Assembly: GCF_038025025.1 (NCBI RefSeq)
Contig: NW_027117346.1
Span: forward strand, 186,001-250,000
DNA length: 64,000 bases
Source: Phyllosticta citribraziliensis
Taxonomy: Eukaryota
Direction of reading: 5' to 3'
Shown here: positions 62,829 to 64,000 of the stretch, piece by piece
How positions within the stretch are numbered: the first letter of the stretch is position 1
Layout of the letters: the number at the start of each line of letters is the position of its first letter
Notes under the pieces: model-generated
Databases searched by the model: none
What the model saw: the letters and a program-made list of their open reading frames with translations, nothing else
What the model was told of the DNA's origin: nothing
Position numbers and translations under genes: made by a program

Positions 62829-62878
62829 CTGCTCTGCGCTGCTCTGCTCTGCGCTGCTCTGCTCTGCTCTGCTCTGCT
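62829..62878. repeat. (CTGCT)n pentanucleotide microsatellite; similar SSRs at ~26885 (CTG), ~27493 (GCCT), ~27976 (GACCA), ~45731 (GGA), ~59944 (GTT), ~63229 (AGGT)
   Basis: Read directly from the sequence. Confidence 0.85.
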
Positions 62879-64000
62879 TTAGTTTTGGCATTCCCCCAAT
62901 TCGAATTGAATCGAGTGAGTCTGTGATACTTGCCCTTATTTTCTGCACGCGTGGTCAGTCGTGTGCTTGGACTATGTTTATGCGGTGCCCCGGCCTTGGC
63001 CCTGCCCCTGCTGGCCACATGACGACGAAACCGAAACCGTTGGTGACCTGCCTTGCCTACGGTATTTTGAGAGCGGATAGGTCACGGCCGCACCCGGACC
63101 GTGCCTAGTCTTTCTCCTCCCCAAGCTTTTTTCGCATCGTCGCCGCCGCCGCCGCCGCCCCCGTGGTGTCGCTACCTAGTGTGCATGCATGGATCCCTGA
63201 CGACACCCTCTTTTTCGCAAACGTGGCAAGGTAGGTAGGTAGGTAGGTAGGTACATGTACATGTCCCTCGCCCAGCTGCCGCTGCAGCTGCAGACGGCTT
63301 GCCTTGACCTTTGCCTTTGCCTGTGGGTCTGGTCATCGCGTAGAAAGCAGCGAGCAGCGAGCAGCGAGCGTCACTTGCCCTGTATCAATACTGGCACAGT
63401 GCCCAGCATCCATCCCCATTCCTCCGCCCTCAAACACCCCATGCCGTATGCTATGCTACATGTCGGCGCGGGCAACCTCGGTCTTTCGCTCAATTCACTA
63501 AGTGTTCAGCAGGGTAGGTAGCGCTGTGTCTCTGCTCTGCCGTCTGTCTGGTCGTGCGCGACGCATTCGCTGGGAGAAGAGAAGATGAGAGAGGAATGGA
63601 GGGAAGAGCGGGAGAAAAAGAGTGGTCAAGGTGAAGAAGAAAGGGGCATGGGAACGGGTACCCAGGGCAGGCTTTGTACTCGGACTCGGACTCGGAGACT
63701 TCCTGCGTCCAGCGTAAACGTTGGGTTCTTCCCCAACACCACATCGCGACTGCATAGAGGCCGTTACTTCAGCGCTTGTTGCGCTGCAAATGGAGGTCTC
63801 ACCATCGCCAGTGATGCGGTGGTGCGGGCGAGATGCATGACAGAAGAATTTACATGCTGCGCTGTAATAGGAGGATGTGGATGTGTGCAGCAGCTCCCGT
63901 GATTCAGTGGAAAGATGAAGATAGGACGACGAGAATGGCGTGCAATTTGATTTGAAAAGGAAGGGCCAAAGGAATGGTCGAGAGGTCTCTGTCATTTGGA

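Overview
Eukaryotic (filamentous ascomycete) genomic DNA: GC-rich, short GT..AG introns with CTRAC branch points, many microsatellites. A Dothideomycete origin is my guess only. The window has two parts. (1) About 0.7-18 kb is an accessory island. It holds a His/Gly/Pro low-complexity mini-protein and a head-to-tail array of FIVE strongly diverged paralogs of a two-exon gene family I do not recognise. All five lie on the minus strand, share a phase-2 intron just before an LPxxxGC motif, and share an LxALPPxSLxxL motif; four also share a WWRxxA(L/F)xxLE motif. The array is split by a full-length, heavily RIP-mutated Ty1/copia LTR retrotransposon (6329-11517, 267-bp LTRs, ACTGT target-site duplication). 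Copies 4 and 5 appear C-terminally truncated. (2) About 20-64 kb is ordinary core genome: MID1, a peroxisomal long-chain acyl-CoA synthetase, MET17/cysD, RFC4, a yapsin-like aspartic protease, an intronless cytochrome P450, SPT4, PPT1 (PP5), an ABM-domain protein, a MARVEL protein, a JmjC demethylase (Rph1/KdmA), an RGG-tailed coiled-coil protein, a GH5 exo-glucanase and a CBF1-like bHLH factor. The paralog array is the best candidate for an undescribed system; its function cannot be established from sequence alone. Exon boundaries were placed by eye.
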